A DNA stretch of 64,000 nucleotides from Candidatus Microgenomatus sp. (GCA_020724585.1 DYGS01000001.1:422002-486001); one strand, 5' to 3'. Counted from the stretch's first letter, positions 33,761 through 44,673 are shown. Program-made: numbers and translations. The notes: a model not told the origin generated them from the letters alone.

Positions 33761-35599
33761 ATGAATAACAATAAGAACACAACACTACATATAAAAAACA
33801 TTGCTATTATTGCCCATGTTGATCATGGAAAAACCACATTGGTTGATGCACTTTTGAGGCAATCTCATACTGAAATGAAAAAGGAAGTTGCAGATCTTGA
33901 GGCCATTATGGATAGCAATGATTTGGAACGAGAAAGAGGGATTACAATTTTTTCTAAAAATGCCTCTGTCAACTACAATGGTACAAAAATAAACATCATA
34001 GATACACCAGGTCATGCCGATTTCGGCGGAGAAGTGGAACGCGTTCTTTCTATGGCAGACGGGGCATTACTTTTAGTTGATGCAAAGGAAGGTCCAATGC
34101 CTCAAACAAGATTTGTATTAAAACATGCCCTTAAAATCGGCCTTAAAATAATAGTTGTTATTAATAAAATTGATAAAGACGGGGCAAGGCCTGATTGGGT
34201 TCAAGGCAAAACCTTTGATTTGTTTGTGGAATTAGGAGCAGACGAGAATACAGCCTTTTTCCCAACCATTTATGCCAGCGGAAGAGACGGCAAAGCCGGC
34301 TATACTCCAGACTTAAAGGCCATGAAGGACATAACTCCTCTTTTTGATGAAATAATAAAAGTTATACCGGCTCCAGGCGGAGATATTAATAAGCCCCTTC
34401 AAATGTTAGTTTCCGCAATTGGTAAAGATAATTACAAAGGCAGAATTGCAATTGGAAAAATATATAACGGAAAACTTTCTTTAAACCAAGAAGTTATGCA
34501 TATAAATAGAGATGGGCAAATGAAAAAATGTAAATTAACCTCGATCTCAACTTTTAAGGGCTTGGGTAAGCAGGAAGAACAAGAGGTTGTGGCAGGTGAT
34601 ATAGTTTCTTTAACAGGGATTGGAGATGTCACGATTGGAGAAACCATTGCAGATGTAAATAACCCGATTGCTTTGCCTCTCTTATCAATTGAGGAGCCTA
34701 CAGTAAAAATGGTTTTTATGGTCAATGACTCTCCTTTTGCAGGAAAAGAGGGTGAATTTAAAACCTCAAGCCAAATTAGAGAAAGACTATATAGAGAACT
34801 TGAAACAGATGTTGCTTTAAAAGTAGTTGATAATAGCGATGGATCATGGACTGTATCAGGTAGAGGGGAGCTTCACCTGGCAATTTTTATTGAAAGGATG
34901 AGAAGAGAAGGGTACGAGTTTGCAGTTTCAAGGCCTCATGTTATTAATAAAACAATTGATAACAAAACACTAACTCCATTTGAAAAAGTCTATATTGAAG
35001 TTCCAGAAGAATATTCAGGAATTGTTATTAAACACATGGGAGTTAGACACGCCAAAATGGATAATATGGTCAAAAACGAAGAAAATATAGTTTCACTTGA
35101 ATTTACAGTATCAACTAAAGAGCTTATTGGTTTTCGAAGTGAGTTTATAACAGATACTAAAGGTTTAGGAATAATTAATACTGCATTTTTTGACTATCTT
35201 CCTGATGATGGTTTTGAAAGGGTAAGAGAAAGAGGATCAATGGTAGCCCATGAAACAGGAGAAACAAGGCTGTATGGCCTAACAAATGTGCAAGATCAAG
35301 GACAACTATTTGTAGGACCGGGAGAATTAGTATATAAAGGCCAAGTTGTAGGGCAAAATTCAAGAAGCGGAGATCTTCATGTTAATGTTTGTAAAGAAAA
35401 AGCACTATCAAACATGAGAAGTAAAGGTGATGGCGCAGCAGAACATTTTAATACCCCTAAAAGAATGTCGCTTGATGATGCACTGGAATATATTGATGAT
35501 ACAGAACTTGTTGAGGTTACTCCATTAAACATTAGAATTAGAAAAATAGTATTAGATGAAGCAGAAGCCAGACGCAAAAAGGCAATGGGGATTAAGTAA
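33761..35599 (+). CDS. typA: Translational GTPase TypA/BipA
   Basis: NIAIIAHVDHGKTT, ERERGITI, DTPGHADFGGEVERVL, GRGELHL, ELVEVTP. Confidence 0.97.
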   Translation: MNNNKNTTLHIKNIAIIAHVDHGKTTLVDALLRQSHTEMKKEVADLEAIMDSNDLERERGITIFSKNASVNYNGTKINIIDTPGHADFGGEVERVLSMADGALLLVDAKEGPMPQTRFVLKHALKIGLKIIVVINKIDKDGARPDWVQGKTFDLFVELGADENTAFFPTIYASGRDGKAGYTPDLKAMKDITPLFDEIIKVIPAPGGDINKPLQMLVSAIGKDNYKGRIAIGKIYNGKLSLNQEVMHINRDGQMKKCKLTSISTFKGLGKQEEQEVVAGDIVSLTGIGDVTIGETIADVNNPIALPLLSIEEPTVKMVFMVNDSPFAGKEGEFKTSSQIRERLYRELETDVALKVVDNSDGSWTVSGRGELHLAIFIERMRREGYEFAVSRPHVINKTIDNKTLTPFEKVYIEVPEEYSGIVIKHMGVRHAKMDNMVKNEENIVSLEFTVSTKELIGFRSEFITDTKGLGIINTAFFDYLPDDGFERVRERGSMVAHETGETRLYGLTNVQDQGQLFVGPGELVYKGQVVGQNSRSGDLHVNVCKEKALSNMRSKGDGAAEHFNTPKRMSLDDALEYIDDTELVEVTPLNIRIRKIVLDEAEARRKKAMGIK

Positions 35600-35605
35600 T
35601 TAGAA

Positions 35606-35851
35606 TTACACATTTTGTTTCAACTCATCTCTTTTCTTCTCGCCAAATTTAGTTAATTCAATGCCATCCTTGTCTATATCAACCAAAAACATATTTTCCA
35701 TCCGAGTCAACTTTTGTTTAATTCCAAGAATCCTAGTTCCCTTTTTAACCAACAGGTCAGTCGGCACCGTGTTATCTCTAATTGTCGCTAGTAAACGCTG
35801 TGTAAGTTCTCCTAACGCCATAATGTGTGTATAATACTCTCTCTCTGTCAA
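35606..35851 (-). CDS. Small hypothetical protein, winged-helix-like
   Basis: 81 aa; L..ME...LV......IELTKFG wing pattern. Confidence 0.55.
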   Translation of the reverse strand: MTEREYYTHIMALGELTQRLLATIRDNTVPTDLLVKKGTRILGIKQKLTRMENMFLVDIDKDGIELTKFGEKKRDELKQNV

Positions 35852-35881
35852 AATTGCAAATTTGGGGATATAATTATTTAT

Positions 35882-37138
35882 ATGAATTCAAAAAGTGATG
35901 AAATTCAAATGAAAACTAACGATCACAAAAAACTTGGTCGTGAGCTTGACTTGTTTACTTTTAGTGACACTGTTGGCAAAGGCTTACCTCTTTGGACACC
36001 AAAGGGAGCTAGTATTAGACGAGAACTTGAAAGATATATAGTTGATGAGGAAATAAAGCGTGGCTATTCACATGTTTATACTCCCGACATTGCAAAACTT
36101 GATTTATATAAAAAGTCTGGACATTACCCATATTATAAAGATAGTATGTATTCTCCAATTGAAATTGAGGATGAAGAATTCATGCTTCGCCCCATGACAT
36201 GCCCACATCATTTTGAATTATATTTAGACAAACCAAAATCCTATAGAGAACTCCCAGTAAGATATGCTGAACTTGCAAAATTATATAGGTTTGAAAAATC
36301 AGGCGAGCTTATGGGATTACAACGTGTTAGAAGTTTTTGTCTTGCTGATGCACATATTATTTGTATGAAAGATCAGGCAAAAGATGAAGTATCAAAAGTT
36401 TTAGATTTAATTGAGGACATTGCAAAAACTCTTGGACTTATAAAAGATAAAGATTATAGCTACAGGTTGTCTCTTGGGGACAGGAGTGATGACAAAAAGT
36501 ATTTCAAGGATGATGCTGCATGGGACAAGGCAGAGGAAGTGTTAAGAGAGGTTTTAATAAGTAGGGAGTCAAAGTTTAAAGAAGTAGATGGTGAAGCAGC
36601 TTTCTATGGCCCTAAAATTGATATTCAAATGGTTAACACAAACGGTAAAGAAGATACTGCATTTACTGTTCAATATGACTTTGTTATGCCAAAAAGATTT
36701 AGTCTTAAATATATTAACGAGAATAATGAGGAAATAGAACCAGTTGTAGTTCATAGATCATCAATTGGAGCAATTGAAAGAATAATTGCATTCTTAATTG
36801 AAAAATATGAAGGCTATTTTCCTACATGGTTAAATCCAGTACAAGTTAAAATTCTTCCTGTTTCAGAAAAACACAATCAATATGCCATGAAAGTGCTTTA
36901 CAAGCTAAAAGAAAAGAATATTAGAGTTGAAATTGATGAAAGAAATGAGACATTAGGAGCAAAAATTAGAAATTCACAGAATGAAAAAGTTTCATATATG
37001 GTAATTATTGGAGAAAAAGAAGAAACAAGTGAAACAATTAATGTTAGAAAACGAGGACAAAAAGAAAGCGTCGACATGAATATTTCTGATTTTATTCATG
37101 ATCTAAAAAAAGAGATTGAAGAAAAATCCATTAACTGA
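35882..37138 (+). CDS. thrS: Threonine--tRNA ligase lacking the N-terminal editing domains
   Basis: Begins near DHKKLGRELDLF; RPMTCPHH, AAFYGPKID, HRSSIGAIER; upstream of infC. Confidence 0.95.
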   Translation: MNSKSDEIQMKTNDHKKLGRELDLFTFSDTVGKGLPLWTPKGASIRRELERYIVDEEIKRGYSHVYTPDIAKLDLYKKSGHYPYYKDSMYSPIEIEDEEFMLRPMTCPHHFELYLDKPKSYRELPVRYAELAKLYRFEKSGELMGLQRVRSFCLADAHIICMKDQAKDEVSKVLDLIEDIAKTLGLIKDKDYSYRLSLGDRSDDKKYFKDDAAWDKAEEVLREVLISRESKFKEVDGEAAFYGPKIDIQMVNTNGKEDTAFTVQYDFVMPKRFSLKYINENNEEIEPVVVHRSSIGAIERIIAFLIEKYEGYFPTWLNPVQVKILPVSEKHNQYAMKVLYKLKEKNIRVEIDERNETLGAKIRNSQNEKVSYMVIIGEKEETSETINVRKRGQKESVDMNISDFIHDLKKEIEEKSIN

Positions 37139-37149
37139 TACAATTCAAC

Positions 37150-37695
37150 TTGAAATTGAGAAATACCAATAACTATTGGCGAATAAATGAGAGAATTCCG
37201 GGTAACAGTTTCCGTGTCTTGGATGAGACGGGCAAACAAATTGGAATACTCTCTAAGATCGAGGCAATTTCCAAGGCAAAAGAGATGAAAGCCGATTTGG
37301 TAGAAATTGCTCCAACTGCTAATCCGCCAGTTGTTAAAATCATTGAGTTTGGCAAGTTTAAATATCAGGAAGAGAAAAAGGCTAGAGAGTCTCAAAAGAA
37401 AAGTAAACCGGGAGATTTGAAAGAAATCAGATTTACGCCTTTTATAGGTGAGGCTGATTATCAAACTCGTCTTAAAAGAATTGATGAGTTTTTAAGAGAC
37501 AAAAATAAAGTCAAGCTGACTGTTTATTTTCAGACCAAACAATTAGGATCAAAACAGTTTGGGTATAATATTTTACAAAGAATCTTAAAAGATTTGGGGC
37601 AGGGGATAAATATTGATATGAATGCTAAATTTTTAGGGAGAAACTTAATAATGATAATATCTCCCACAAACTTATATGGCAAAAGTAAAAGTTAA
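37150..37695 (+). CDS. infC: Translation initiation factor IF-3
   Basis: INERI, LVEIAPTANPPVVKI, KEIRF; non-ATG start. Confidence 0.95.
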   Translation: MKLRNTNNYWRINERIPGNSFRVLDETGKQIGILSKIEAISKAKEMKADLVEIAPTANPPVVKIIEFGKFKYQEEKKARESQKKSKPGDLKEIRFTPFIGEADYQTRLKRIDEFLRDKNKVKLTVYFQTKQLGSKQFGYNILQRILKDLGQGINIDMNAKFLGRNLIMIISPTNLYGKSKS

Positions 37696-37876
37696 ATCAA
37701 AAGCTAGAGTATTAAACAGAATAAAAGTTACCAAAAATGGTAAAGTCTTGAGAAGGCGTGCTTTTAAAAGGCATTTGAATGTCGCAAAAAGCAAGAAAAG
37801 ATTAAGAAGATTATCGCGAGTTGTTCCCGTCAAAAAAGCATTGGCTAAAAAGATAAGAAAGTTTCTGGGGAAATAA
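37676..37876 (+). CDS. rpmI: 50S ribosomal protein L35
   Basis: Basic 66 aa, RIKVTKNGKV, between infC and rplT. Confidence 0.92.
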   Translation: MAKVKVKSKARVLNRIKVTKNGKVLRRRAFKRHLNVAKSKKRLRRLSRVVPVKKALAKKIRKFLGK

Positions 37877-37879
37877 TAT

Positions 37880-38233
37880 ATGGCAAGAGTTAAATCAAAA
37901 GCAATTATTAAACATAGAAAAATAAGAAAACTTGCTAAGGGCTACCATAGTGCAAGAAGGAAAAGATTTAAAGCCGCTAATGAAGCGGTTATGCACGCAG
38001 GCCAATATGCTTATGTTGGAAGAAAACTAAAGAAAAGAGATTTAAGAAGCCTCTGGATAGTTAGAATTTCTGCGGCTGTTAAAAAATTGGGGCTTTCATA
38101 TTCAAAATTTGTTAAAGCATTAAAAGACAATAAAATTGAATTAGATAGAAAAATACTTTCAGAACTTGCAGCCAAAAATCTTTCCGTATTTGAAAAAGTA
38201 GTTGAAAAAGCAGGCTTTACTTCCAAAAAATAG
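37880..38233 (+). CDS. rplT: 50S ribosomal protein L20
   Basis: MARVK, AKGY, RSLWIVRI, LDRKILSELA. Confidence 0.97.
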   Translation: MARVKSKAIIKHRKIRKLAKGYHSARRKRFKAANEAVMHAGQYAYVGRKLKKRDLRSLWIVRISAAVKKLGLSYSKFVKALKDNKIELDRKILSELAAKNLSVFEKVVEKAGFTSKK

Positions 38234-38295
38234 GAGGTTAAGTTTGTTTTATTTTTAACCTCCTAAATTAGGAGGTTTTTTGTTATCATTAAACA

Positions 38296-39324
38296 ATGAG
38301 AGAACTTGTTAATAATATTAAAAATCAGGCAATTGCATCGCTTTCTGATGCAAGCTCGCTTAGCGAGCTGGAGATTTTAAGAATTGACATTTTTGGCAGA
38401 AGTGGAAAATTTACTTTGGCTTCAAAAGAACTTAAAAACTTAAAGCCTGAAGAAAAAAAGGAAATAGGAATACTTATTAATGAAACTAAAAATACTTTAG
38501 AAACTTTGTTTATTGAAAAGAAAAATGAATTAGAATCTAATGTCAGGGTTTGGTTTGATCCAACTATTCCTGCTATCAAAAGGCCACAGGGGCGTCTTCA
38601 CATGATAACTCGTGCCATTGATGAAATATCATCTGTTTTTGAAAAAATTGGTTTTACAAGAACTAGATATCCTGAAGTCGAATGGGATTATTATGCATTT
38701 GGGGCACTAAATTTCCCCAAAAATCATCCTGCAAGAGACGACTGGGAAACATTTTTTATAGATGAAAAAGATTCACCTAAATACGGTCCAATGCTTTTAA
38801 CACCACACACATCTAGTGGTCAGATTCGGGAGATGGAAAGACTAAAAGGAAAACCTCCTATTAGAATGATTAATCTTGCAAAAACCTACAGAAGACAAAG
38901 TGATGCAAGTCATATACCAATGTTTCATCAATTTGAAGGTATGGTAGTTGATAAAGATATATCTGTAGTTAACCTTAAAGGTACACTTGATTACTTTGCA
39001 TCAAATTTCTTTGGAAAAGAAAGGGTAACAAGACTTAGGCCATATCACTTTCAGTTTACCGAACCTTCTTTTGAAGTTGATATAAGCTGCAATGTTTGCA
39101 AAGGCAGTGGGTGCAAGCTTTGTAAAGAGGGATGGTTGGAATTAGGGGGCGCGGGAATGATACATCCTAATGTCTTAAAAGCAGGTGGAATTGATCCAAA
39201 TGTCTATAGTGGTTTTGCATTTGGTTGGGGTGTTGAAAGAACTTACATGATGAAGGAAGGTTTAGCTGTTCCTGACATACGACTTTTATATAGTTCCGAT
39301 TTGCGTGTCCTATCGCAACTTTGA
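38296..39324 (+). CDS. pheS: Phenylalanine--tRNA ligase alpha subunit
   Basis: HPARD, PMFHQFEG, FQFTEPS, GFAFGWGVER. Confidence 0.97.
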   Translation: MRELVNNIKNQAIASLSDASSLSELEILRIDIFGRSGKFTLASKELKNLKPEEKKEIGILINETKNTLETLFIEKKNELESNVRVWFDPTIPAIKRPQGRLHMITRAIDEISSVFEKIGFTRTRYPEVEWDYYAFGALNFPKNHPARDDWETFFIDEKDSPKYGPMLLTPHTSSGQIREMERLKGKPPIRMINLAKTYRRQSDASHIPMFHQFEGMVVDKDISVVNLKGTLDYFASNFFGKERVTRLRPYHFQFTEPSFEVDISCNVCKGSGCKLCKEGWLELGGAGMIHPNVLKAGGIDPNVYSGFAFGWGVERTYMMKEGLAVPDIRLLYSSDLRVLSQL

Positions 39325-39355
39325 ACTTTGCACTAAGTACTATGTACTAATTATT

Positions 39356-41335
39356 ATGGATTTACTAATACCGGATTCATGGCTAAGAAAATATTTAGAT
39401 ACAAAGGCAGCTCCTGCTGATCTGGCCAAGTATCTATCCCTTTGCGGCCCTTCAATTGAAAGAATTAAAAAAACAGATGACGGAGATAGTGTTTATTCAA
39501 TTGAAGTGACATCAAATCGAGTGGATAGTGCATCAGTTGTTGGTATTGCAAGAGAAGCAGCAACAATTTTACCTAGATTTGGAATAAAAGCAGAATTCAA
39601 AAATTCCAAAAACCAAAAACTCAAAACAAATTATAAATTAAAAACAAAAGTGAATTATCTGGATGTAAAAGTCAATTCAAAATTATGTCCAAGGTTTACT
39701 GCAGTTTTGATTAAAAATGTAACCATTAAACCGTCAAATAAAGATATACAAAATCTATTAAAAAAGATAGGCATTCGGCCAATTAACAATATTGTTGACA
39801 TTAGTAATTTCGTTATGGTTGATACCGGTCAACCTGTCCATACTTTTGATTACGACAAAATCGCTGGACAAAAAATGATTTTGAGAGAATCAAATTTTGG
39901 GGAAAAAATAAAAACACTTGATGAAAAAGAATTTATATTAAAAGGCAAAGATATAGTAATTGAAGATGGAAGTGGCAAACTAATTGATTTATGCGGCATT
40001 ATGGGAGGAAATTCAAGTTGTATTGATCAAAATACTAAAAATGTTTTACTTTTTGTTCAAAACTATGACAAAGATCATATTAGAAAAACTTCGATGGAAC
40101 TACTTCAGCGAACCCAGGCTGCAACATTATTTGAAAAAGGGCTTGATAGCGAAAATGTGATTAACGGACTCAACCTCGCTCTTTTAATGCTTGAAAAAAT
40201 AAAAGGAGTCAAAATTGAAAAAGAAATATTGGACATTTACCCTAATCCATATAAAAATAAAATCGTCAAAATTTCAATCGGTGATATTAATAAAATAATT
40301 GGCATCAATCTTGCCGAAAAAGATATTATCAACATCACCACCAGTTTGGGATTTAATGTTGAACAGCAGGGTGCAACCCTGCTCTTGGGAGTTCCATCCT
40401 GGAGAGCTGAAGATATAAATATAAAAGAAGATATTGTTGAGGAAATTGCAAGAATCTATGGTTATCATAATTTACCAAGCGTTGTTATGAATGGCGATTT
40501 ATCAAAACAGACTGACGATAAATCCTACAAATATGAAAGTAAAATTAGAAATAAACTAAAAGAGCTTGCATATAACGAAGTTTATAATCTTTCACTGGTA
40601 CCAGTTGAGTATGTTGATACCAAAGTAGCCGTTAAATTAAAAAATCCATTAGGACTCGACACACTTTATTTAAGAACTAACTTAAAAAATGGTCTATTTA
40701 AATCAATGCAAGATAATTCCCACGAAAAAGGAGTTGTGAAACTATTTGAATTATCAAACATATATATAAAACAAAATAATAGTTTACCAAAAGAAGTACT
40801 AAAGCTTGTTGGAATTACCAAAAACAACAAATTTATAGAAAACAAAACTGATGTAATTGATTTATTAAACGAACTAGAAATTGAATATAGTGAAAAAATA
40901 GAGGATGGAATAGGGTTTAAGCCAAACCAAAGAATAGCAGTTTTTACCGAAGGTACAAAATCTTCTAATAAAGTAGAAATAGGAGAGTATGGAAACCTTG
41001 AAAATGGACTCTTTGCATTTGAATTTGATATTGATAAATTATTAAACTCTAAAACAATTTATAAAAAATATAAAGAAATCTCAAAATATCCAAGTCAAGT
41101 TGAAGATTTGACATTAACGATTCCTAAGAAAACATATATTGGCGAGGTTGTTGCAGAAATATATAGTATATCGAATATAGTACATAGCATCTCACTTAAT
41201 GATGTTTATAACAATAATTATACATTTAGAATAGAGTATCATTCTGATCAAAAAACATTAACCGATAGCGAAGTTGAAGAGATTCGGAAAAAAATAATCT
41301 CAAAATTATCTTCTAAATTTGGAATTAATACTTAA
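39356..41335 (+). CDS. pheT: Phenylalanine--tRNA ligase beta subunit (short form)
   Basis: IEVTSNRVD, INNIVDISN, GQPVHTFD, EDIVEEIARIYGY, KTLTDSEV. Confidence 0.95.
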   Translation: MDLLIPDSWLRKYLDTKAAPADLAKYLSLCGPSIERIKKTDDGDSVYSIEVTSNRVDSASVVGIAREAATILPRFGIKAEFKNSKNQKLKTNYKLKTKVNYLDVKVNSKLCPRFTAVLIKNVTIKPSNKDIQNLLKKIGIRPINNIVDISNFVMVDTGQPVHTFDYDKIAGQKMILRESNFGEKIKTLDEKEFILKGKDIVIEDGSGKLIDLCGIMGGNSSCIDQNTKNVLLFVQNYDKDHIRKTSMELLQRTQAATLFEKGLDSENVINGLNLALLMLEKIKGVKIEKEILDIYPNPYKNKIVKISIGDINKIIGINLAEKDIINITTSLGFNVEQQGATLLLGVPSWRAEDINIKEDIVEEIARIYGYHNLPSVVMNGDLSKQTDDKSYKYESKIRNKLKELAYNEVYNLSLVPVEYVDTKVAVKLKNPLGLDTLYLRTNLKNGLFKSMQDNSHEKGVVKLFELSNIYIKQNNSLPKEVLKLVGITKNNKFIENKTDVIDLLNELEIEYSEKIEDGIGFKPNQRIAVFTEGTKSSNKVEIGEYGNLENGLFAFEFDIDKLLNSKTIYKKYKEISKYPSQVEDLTLTIPKKTYIGEVVAEIYSISNIVHSISLNDVYNNNYTFRIEYHSDQKTLTDSEVEEIRKKIISKLSSKFGINT

Positions 41336-43872
41336 GGTATAGGCGATGGAGTAGGGGTAGGTGAGGCGTCCCAATTAGTATTTACTCCTATGTCTATTAT
41401 TCTATCTGATATATTTCCATTTTTATCTTTGGCAATTGCTTTAAGTTTATGTGTCCCGTCTGAGAGCGTTAATTCATGCTTAAATGGCGGATTAGTAAAA
41501 GATCTAACTTTTAAGCCATCGGCCTCTAACTCAAGAGAAACTATATCAGTTACAGAAAACGCCTTGATCTCGACATTAAATGTATTAGGTAAATTAGATG
41601 TTCTATCTTTCGGATTTACAAATTCAATACTTAAGGGGTTACTCGTGCCGCAATAATCGCTCGGCGGTCTATATCTTGGGTCCAACTGTCCATTTATCCA
41701 GTTTAATATCGCTTCCATCCACCTGTTTTTACCGTCCGTTGATACCGGATCTTCTTCTTTAATTTTTATAAACTCTTTTTTTTCGTAATTTCCTGAAGCT
41801 ATATCTGCAGGTGTTGCTAATTTGCCGTCACTCTTGCAGATATCCAGATAAACATGAATATTATCATCCTCCGGCTCCATACCTTTAATAAATATTTCAG
41901 GTCGTGAAGGGAATCCGTCATGCGCCTTTTTGCCCGAAATTGCATCAACTTCATAAGCAACAATTCCTTCAGGTTTATTAAAATCAACAGCAGGAAGGCC
42001 GGATAAACTTTCTAAAATTATTCTTCTCCAAATAGGGGAAGCACCTGAAACACCCGAGGCTACATTTAACATTGGTGAATTATCATTGTTTCCAACCCAA
42101 ACACCGACTGTTCTCTGCGGCGTTCCTCCAACAGTCCAGTTGTCTCTTTTGTCATTAGTTGTACCGGTCTTGACTGCAACACGCCTCCCTGTGATATTTA
42201 ATAAAGAATTAGGGCCAAAAACATCTTTTCTCGCATTATTATCAGCCAAAATATCAGAAATTATGAAAGCCTGCTCCTCGCTTAGCACTCTTTTTCCTCT
42301 TTTAGGATTGATCTCCTCTAATTTTCGCCCCTTGCTATCCTCAACTTTTAATATTGCCAAAGGTTCAACTTTTGTTCCGCCATTGAAAAATGAGGAATAC
42401 CCGCCGGTTAATTCCAACAATTTAACTTCACCGCCGCCAAGAGTTAGCGAAAGTCCAACTCTAGAAAGAGTCTCTTTGGTTGGGGGAAGTGAATTAATCC
42501 CCATAGAATGGGCCGTTTCTAAAACATCCTTAATGCCAACCAATGCAATAAATTTAACTGCTGGAATATTTAAAGAGTTACCTAATGCATAACGCATTTG
42601 AACAGGACCTCTGTATTTACCATCATAATTGACAGGGTTGTAGTCGGGTTGTCCCGCCCCGCCGGGAAATGTTGTTGCAACATCCATAATCATATGCGAT
42701 GCGGTATAACCTTCTTTTAATGCAGTTACATAAGTGAAAGGCTTAAAAGATGATCCAGGCTGGCGAAGTGCTGTTACAACATTTACTTGGCCATCATAAT
42801 TAGGGTCATCAAATTGCTTGCTACCCACCATCGCCAATATTTCACCCGTCTCTGAATTTAAAACAACTGCGCCTCCATTAGTGATCCGCTGTGATTCAAC
42901 TTTAGCAATTTCCTCAAAAACAATATTCTGCGCTTTTTCCTGTAAGTCTAAATCAAGAGTTGTTGTAACTCTTAAACCCCCTTGTTCGATGACCCTTTCA
43001 CCATATCTTTCTTCCAATATTTTTTGTACATATTGAACAAAGTGGGGTGCTTTAAAAGTAGAGCCTTTGGGAGCAAATTTAAAATTAGAAAGTTCTGATA
43101 AGGCCGCTTCTTCCTGGTCCTTAGTTATGTGGCCGTCCTCTCTCATGCGTCTCAATACATTTTTAGTTCGTTCAATAAACGCCTCAGGAGTTGATGAGTA
43201 AGGCGAATATTTTGAAGGCAACTGCGGAATACCTGCTAAAATTGCAGATTCTATTAAATTTAAATCTTTCGTTTTTTTGCCAAAATAGGTTTCCGAGGCT
43301 GTTTCAACACCTCTCATATTTCCGCCGTAAGGAGCTTCATTTAAATACATCTGCAAAATTTGGTCCTTGCTATATTTTCTTTCAATTTGAACGGCCAAAA
43401 TAAATTCCTTTATCTTTCTGGTTACAGATCTTTCAGATGACAAAAGAACATTTTTGACCAATTGTTGCGTTAAAGTTGATCCGCCCTGAGCATAACCTCT
43501 TGTAAAGAGCCTTGATAAGCCTCTAATTGTTCCGAAAATATCAAAACCTGTATGCTTATAAAAATTTTTATCTTCTATTGCAATCGTTGCTTGTTTTAAA
43601 TAAAGAGGAACATCTTTTATATCAACGGGGGTCCTTCTTTCATCCTCAAAAATATCATATAAAGCCTTGCCGTTTCTGTCTAAAATTTTAGTTGAAAAAC
43701 CTTCTCTTCTTACAACCCTATCAGGAGAGGGTAATGTCAAAGCCATCAGGGGAAAAACAATTACTAAAAACAAAAATATAATTAAAATCCCAAGAAAAGC
43801 AAATTTTGCCAATTTAACCATTCTTTTGCTTTTATCAACTCCCAAAAGTCTTCTTCGCCTCTCCCTCCACAT
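41332..43872 (-). CDS. Class A penicillin-binding protein (PBP1A family) with C-terminal Ig-like domain
   Basis: EDKNFY.H, GGSTLTQQLVKN, RKIKE, SSFK, SLN, KTGT; start uncertain (43872-43938). Confidence 0.95.
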   Translation of the reverse strand: MWRERRRRLLGVDKSKRMVKLAKFAFLGILIIFLFLVIVFPLMALTLPSPDRVVRREGFSTKILDRNGKALYDIFEDERRTPVDIKDVPLYLKQATIAIEDKNFYKHTGFDIFGTIRGLSRLFTRGYAQGGSTLTQQLVKNVLLSSERSVTRKIKEFILAVQIERKYSKDQILQMYLNEAPYGGNMRGVETASETYFGKKTKDLNLIESAILAGIPQLPSKYSPYSSTPEAFIERTKNVLRRMREDGHITKDQEEAALSELSNFKFAPKGSTFKAPHFVQYVQKILEERYGERVIEQGGLRVTTTLDLDLQEKAQNIVFEEIAKVESQRITNGGAVVLNSETGEILAMVGSKQFDDPNYDGQVNVVTALRQPGSSFKPFTYVTALKEGYTASHMIMDVATTFPGGAGQPDYNPVNYDGKYRGPVQMRYALGNSLNIPAVKFIALVGIKDVLETAHSMGINSLPPTKETLSRVGLSLTLGGGEVKLLELTGGYSSFFNGGTKVEPLAILKVEDSKGRKLEEINPKRGKRVLSEEQAFIISDILADNNARKDVFGPNSLLNITGRRVAVKTGTTNDKRDNWTVGGTPQRTVGVWVGNNDNSPMLNVASGVSGASPIWRRIILESLSGLPAVDFNKPEGIVAYEVDAISGKKAHDGFPSRPEIFIKGMEPEDDNIHVYLDICKSDGKLATPADIASGNYEKKEFIKIKEEDPVSTDGKNRWMEAILNWINGQLDPRYRPPSDYCGTSNPLSIEFVNPKDRTSNLPNTFNVEIKAFSVTDIVSLELEADGLKVRSFTNPPFKHELTLSDGTHKLKAIAKDKNGNISDRIIDIGVNTNWDASPTPTPSPIP

Positions 43873-43951
43873 ATACAAAAACATAATACCATAATTAATA
43901 CTACTTTTATATATTTCATAAGTTTCGCGGTTGATCAAAGTTTATGCTCTA

Positions 43952-44023
43952 TGTCATTGCGAGGAAGTTTAAGGCGACACGGCAATCTGAGTTTGAGATT
44001 GCTTCACTATGTTCGCAATGACA
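43952..44023. repeat. GTCATTGCGAG...GCAATGAC-type palindromic repeat (REP/RPE-like)
   Basis: TGTCATTGCGA...GCAATCT..AGATTGC...TCGCAATGACA nested inverted repeats. Confidence 0.75.
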
Positions 44024-44091
44024 CTGGGTGCGAAACTTGTGTATTTGACAAAATTTGTGGAACTCGACTATAATACCACCATTGACAAATA

Positions 44092-44418
44092 AAGACTTTG
44101 AAGCAGTGCAGTAGCTAACTTTAAGTTGACACAAGAGATTAGGCGGTTGGTGAAAGACCTAACGAATTAAATTTAGTGAATTACCCTGTGAAGTTGCGAG
44201 GACAAAATTCTCGACGGAACGTTAGCCGTAAAATTAACTAGAAAGTGTTGGAAACAAAGCTTTTGAAAAATAAGGATTATTCTTTATCGTTTCAATTCCG
44301 TTCCAACGGAATTTTTTGTTTTTTAAAGGATAATTAAAAAAGGGTGGTACCGTTCCTGAATTAAATTGAAGGAGCCCCTTTAGATACCAATATTATTTGG
44401 TGTTTAAAGGGGCTTTTT
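44092..44418 (+). promoter_or_regulatory. T-box riboswitch, Tyr (TAC specifier 44182-44184)
   Basis: AGTA, AGAGA and GGTGAAA Stem I motifs, GAATTACC, AGGGTGGTACCG at 44341, terminator AGCCCCTTTA...TAAAGGGGCTTTT; upstream of tyrS. Confidence 0.92.
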
Positions 44419-44433
44419 ATATTAAAAAACAAT

Positions 44434-44673
44434 ATGAGTGTAGAACAAAGAGAGTTTAATTTGGGTTTAAAACCTGGAGAAATAGTTTTTATAGACAATA
44501 ACAATATCAGTTGGAGAGTTTTTGTTGACAAAGACGATTTTATAATACCAGATGATGCTATCGTGGGAGAAATTTTAGGTTATTCAAACTGCTCGTGTGA
44601 ACACGTCCACTCTGTAAAACTAAAAATGGAAAATGGTAGGATGGTAAAATATGTATCAACAGGGTATTATTAG
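44434..44673 (+). CDS. Small hypothetical protein between the T-box and tyrS
   Basis: 79-aa ORF, CSCEHVH motif, 17 nt before tyrS. Confidence 0.6.
   Translation: MSVEQREFNLGLKPGEIVFIDNNNISWRVFVDKDDFIIPDDAIVGEILGYSNCSCEHVHSVKLKMENGRMVKYVSTGYY

Noticed and set aside
38231-38281. TAGGAGGTT/AACCTCCTA triple repeat after rplT as a PheS T-box
   Set aside because: Too short and no T-box bulge; consistent with a simple terminator or palindromic repeat.
42086-42592. Many 60-180 aa ORFs antisense or out of frame to clear genes (for example within PBP1A, trpS, dinB and 57861-59588)
   Set aside because: Shadow ORFs of well-supported genes, with no motifs or start signals.
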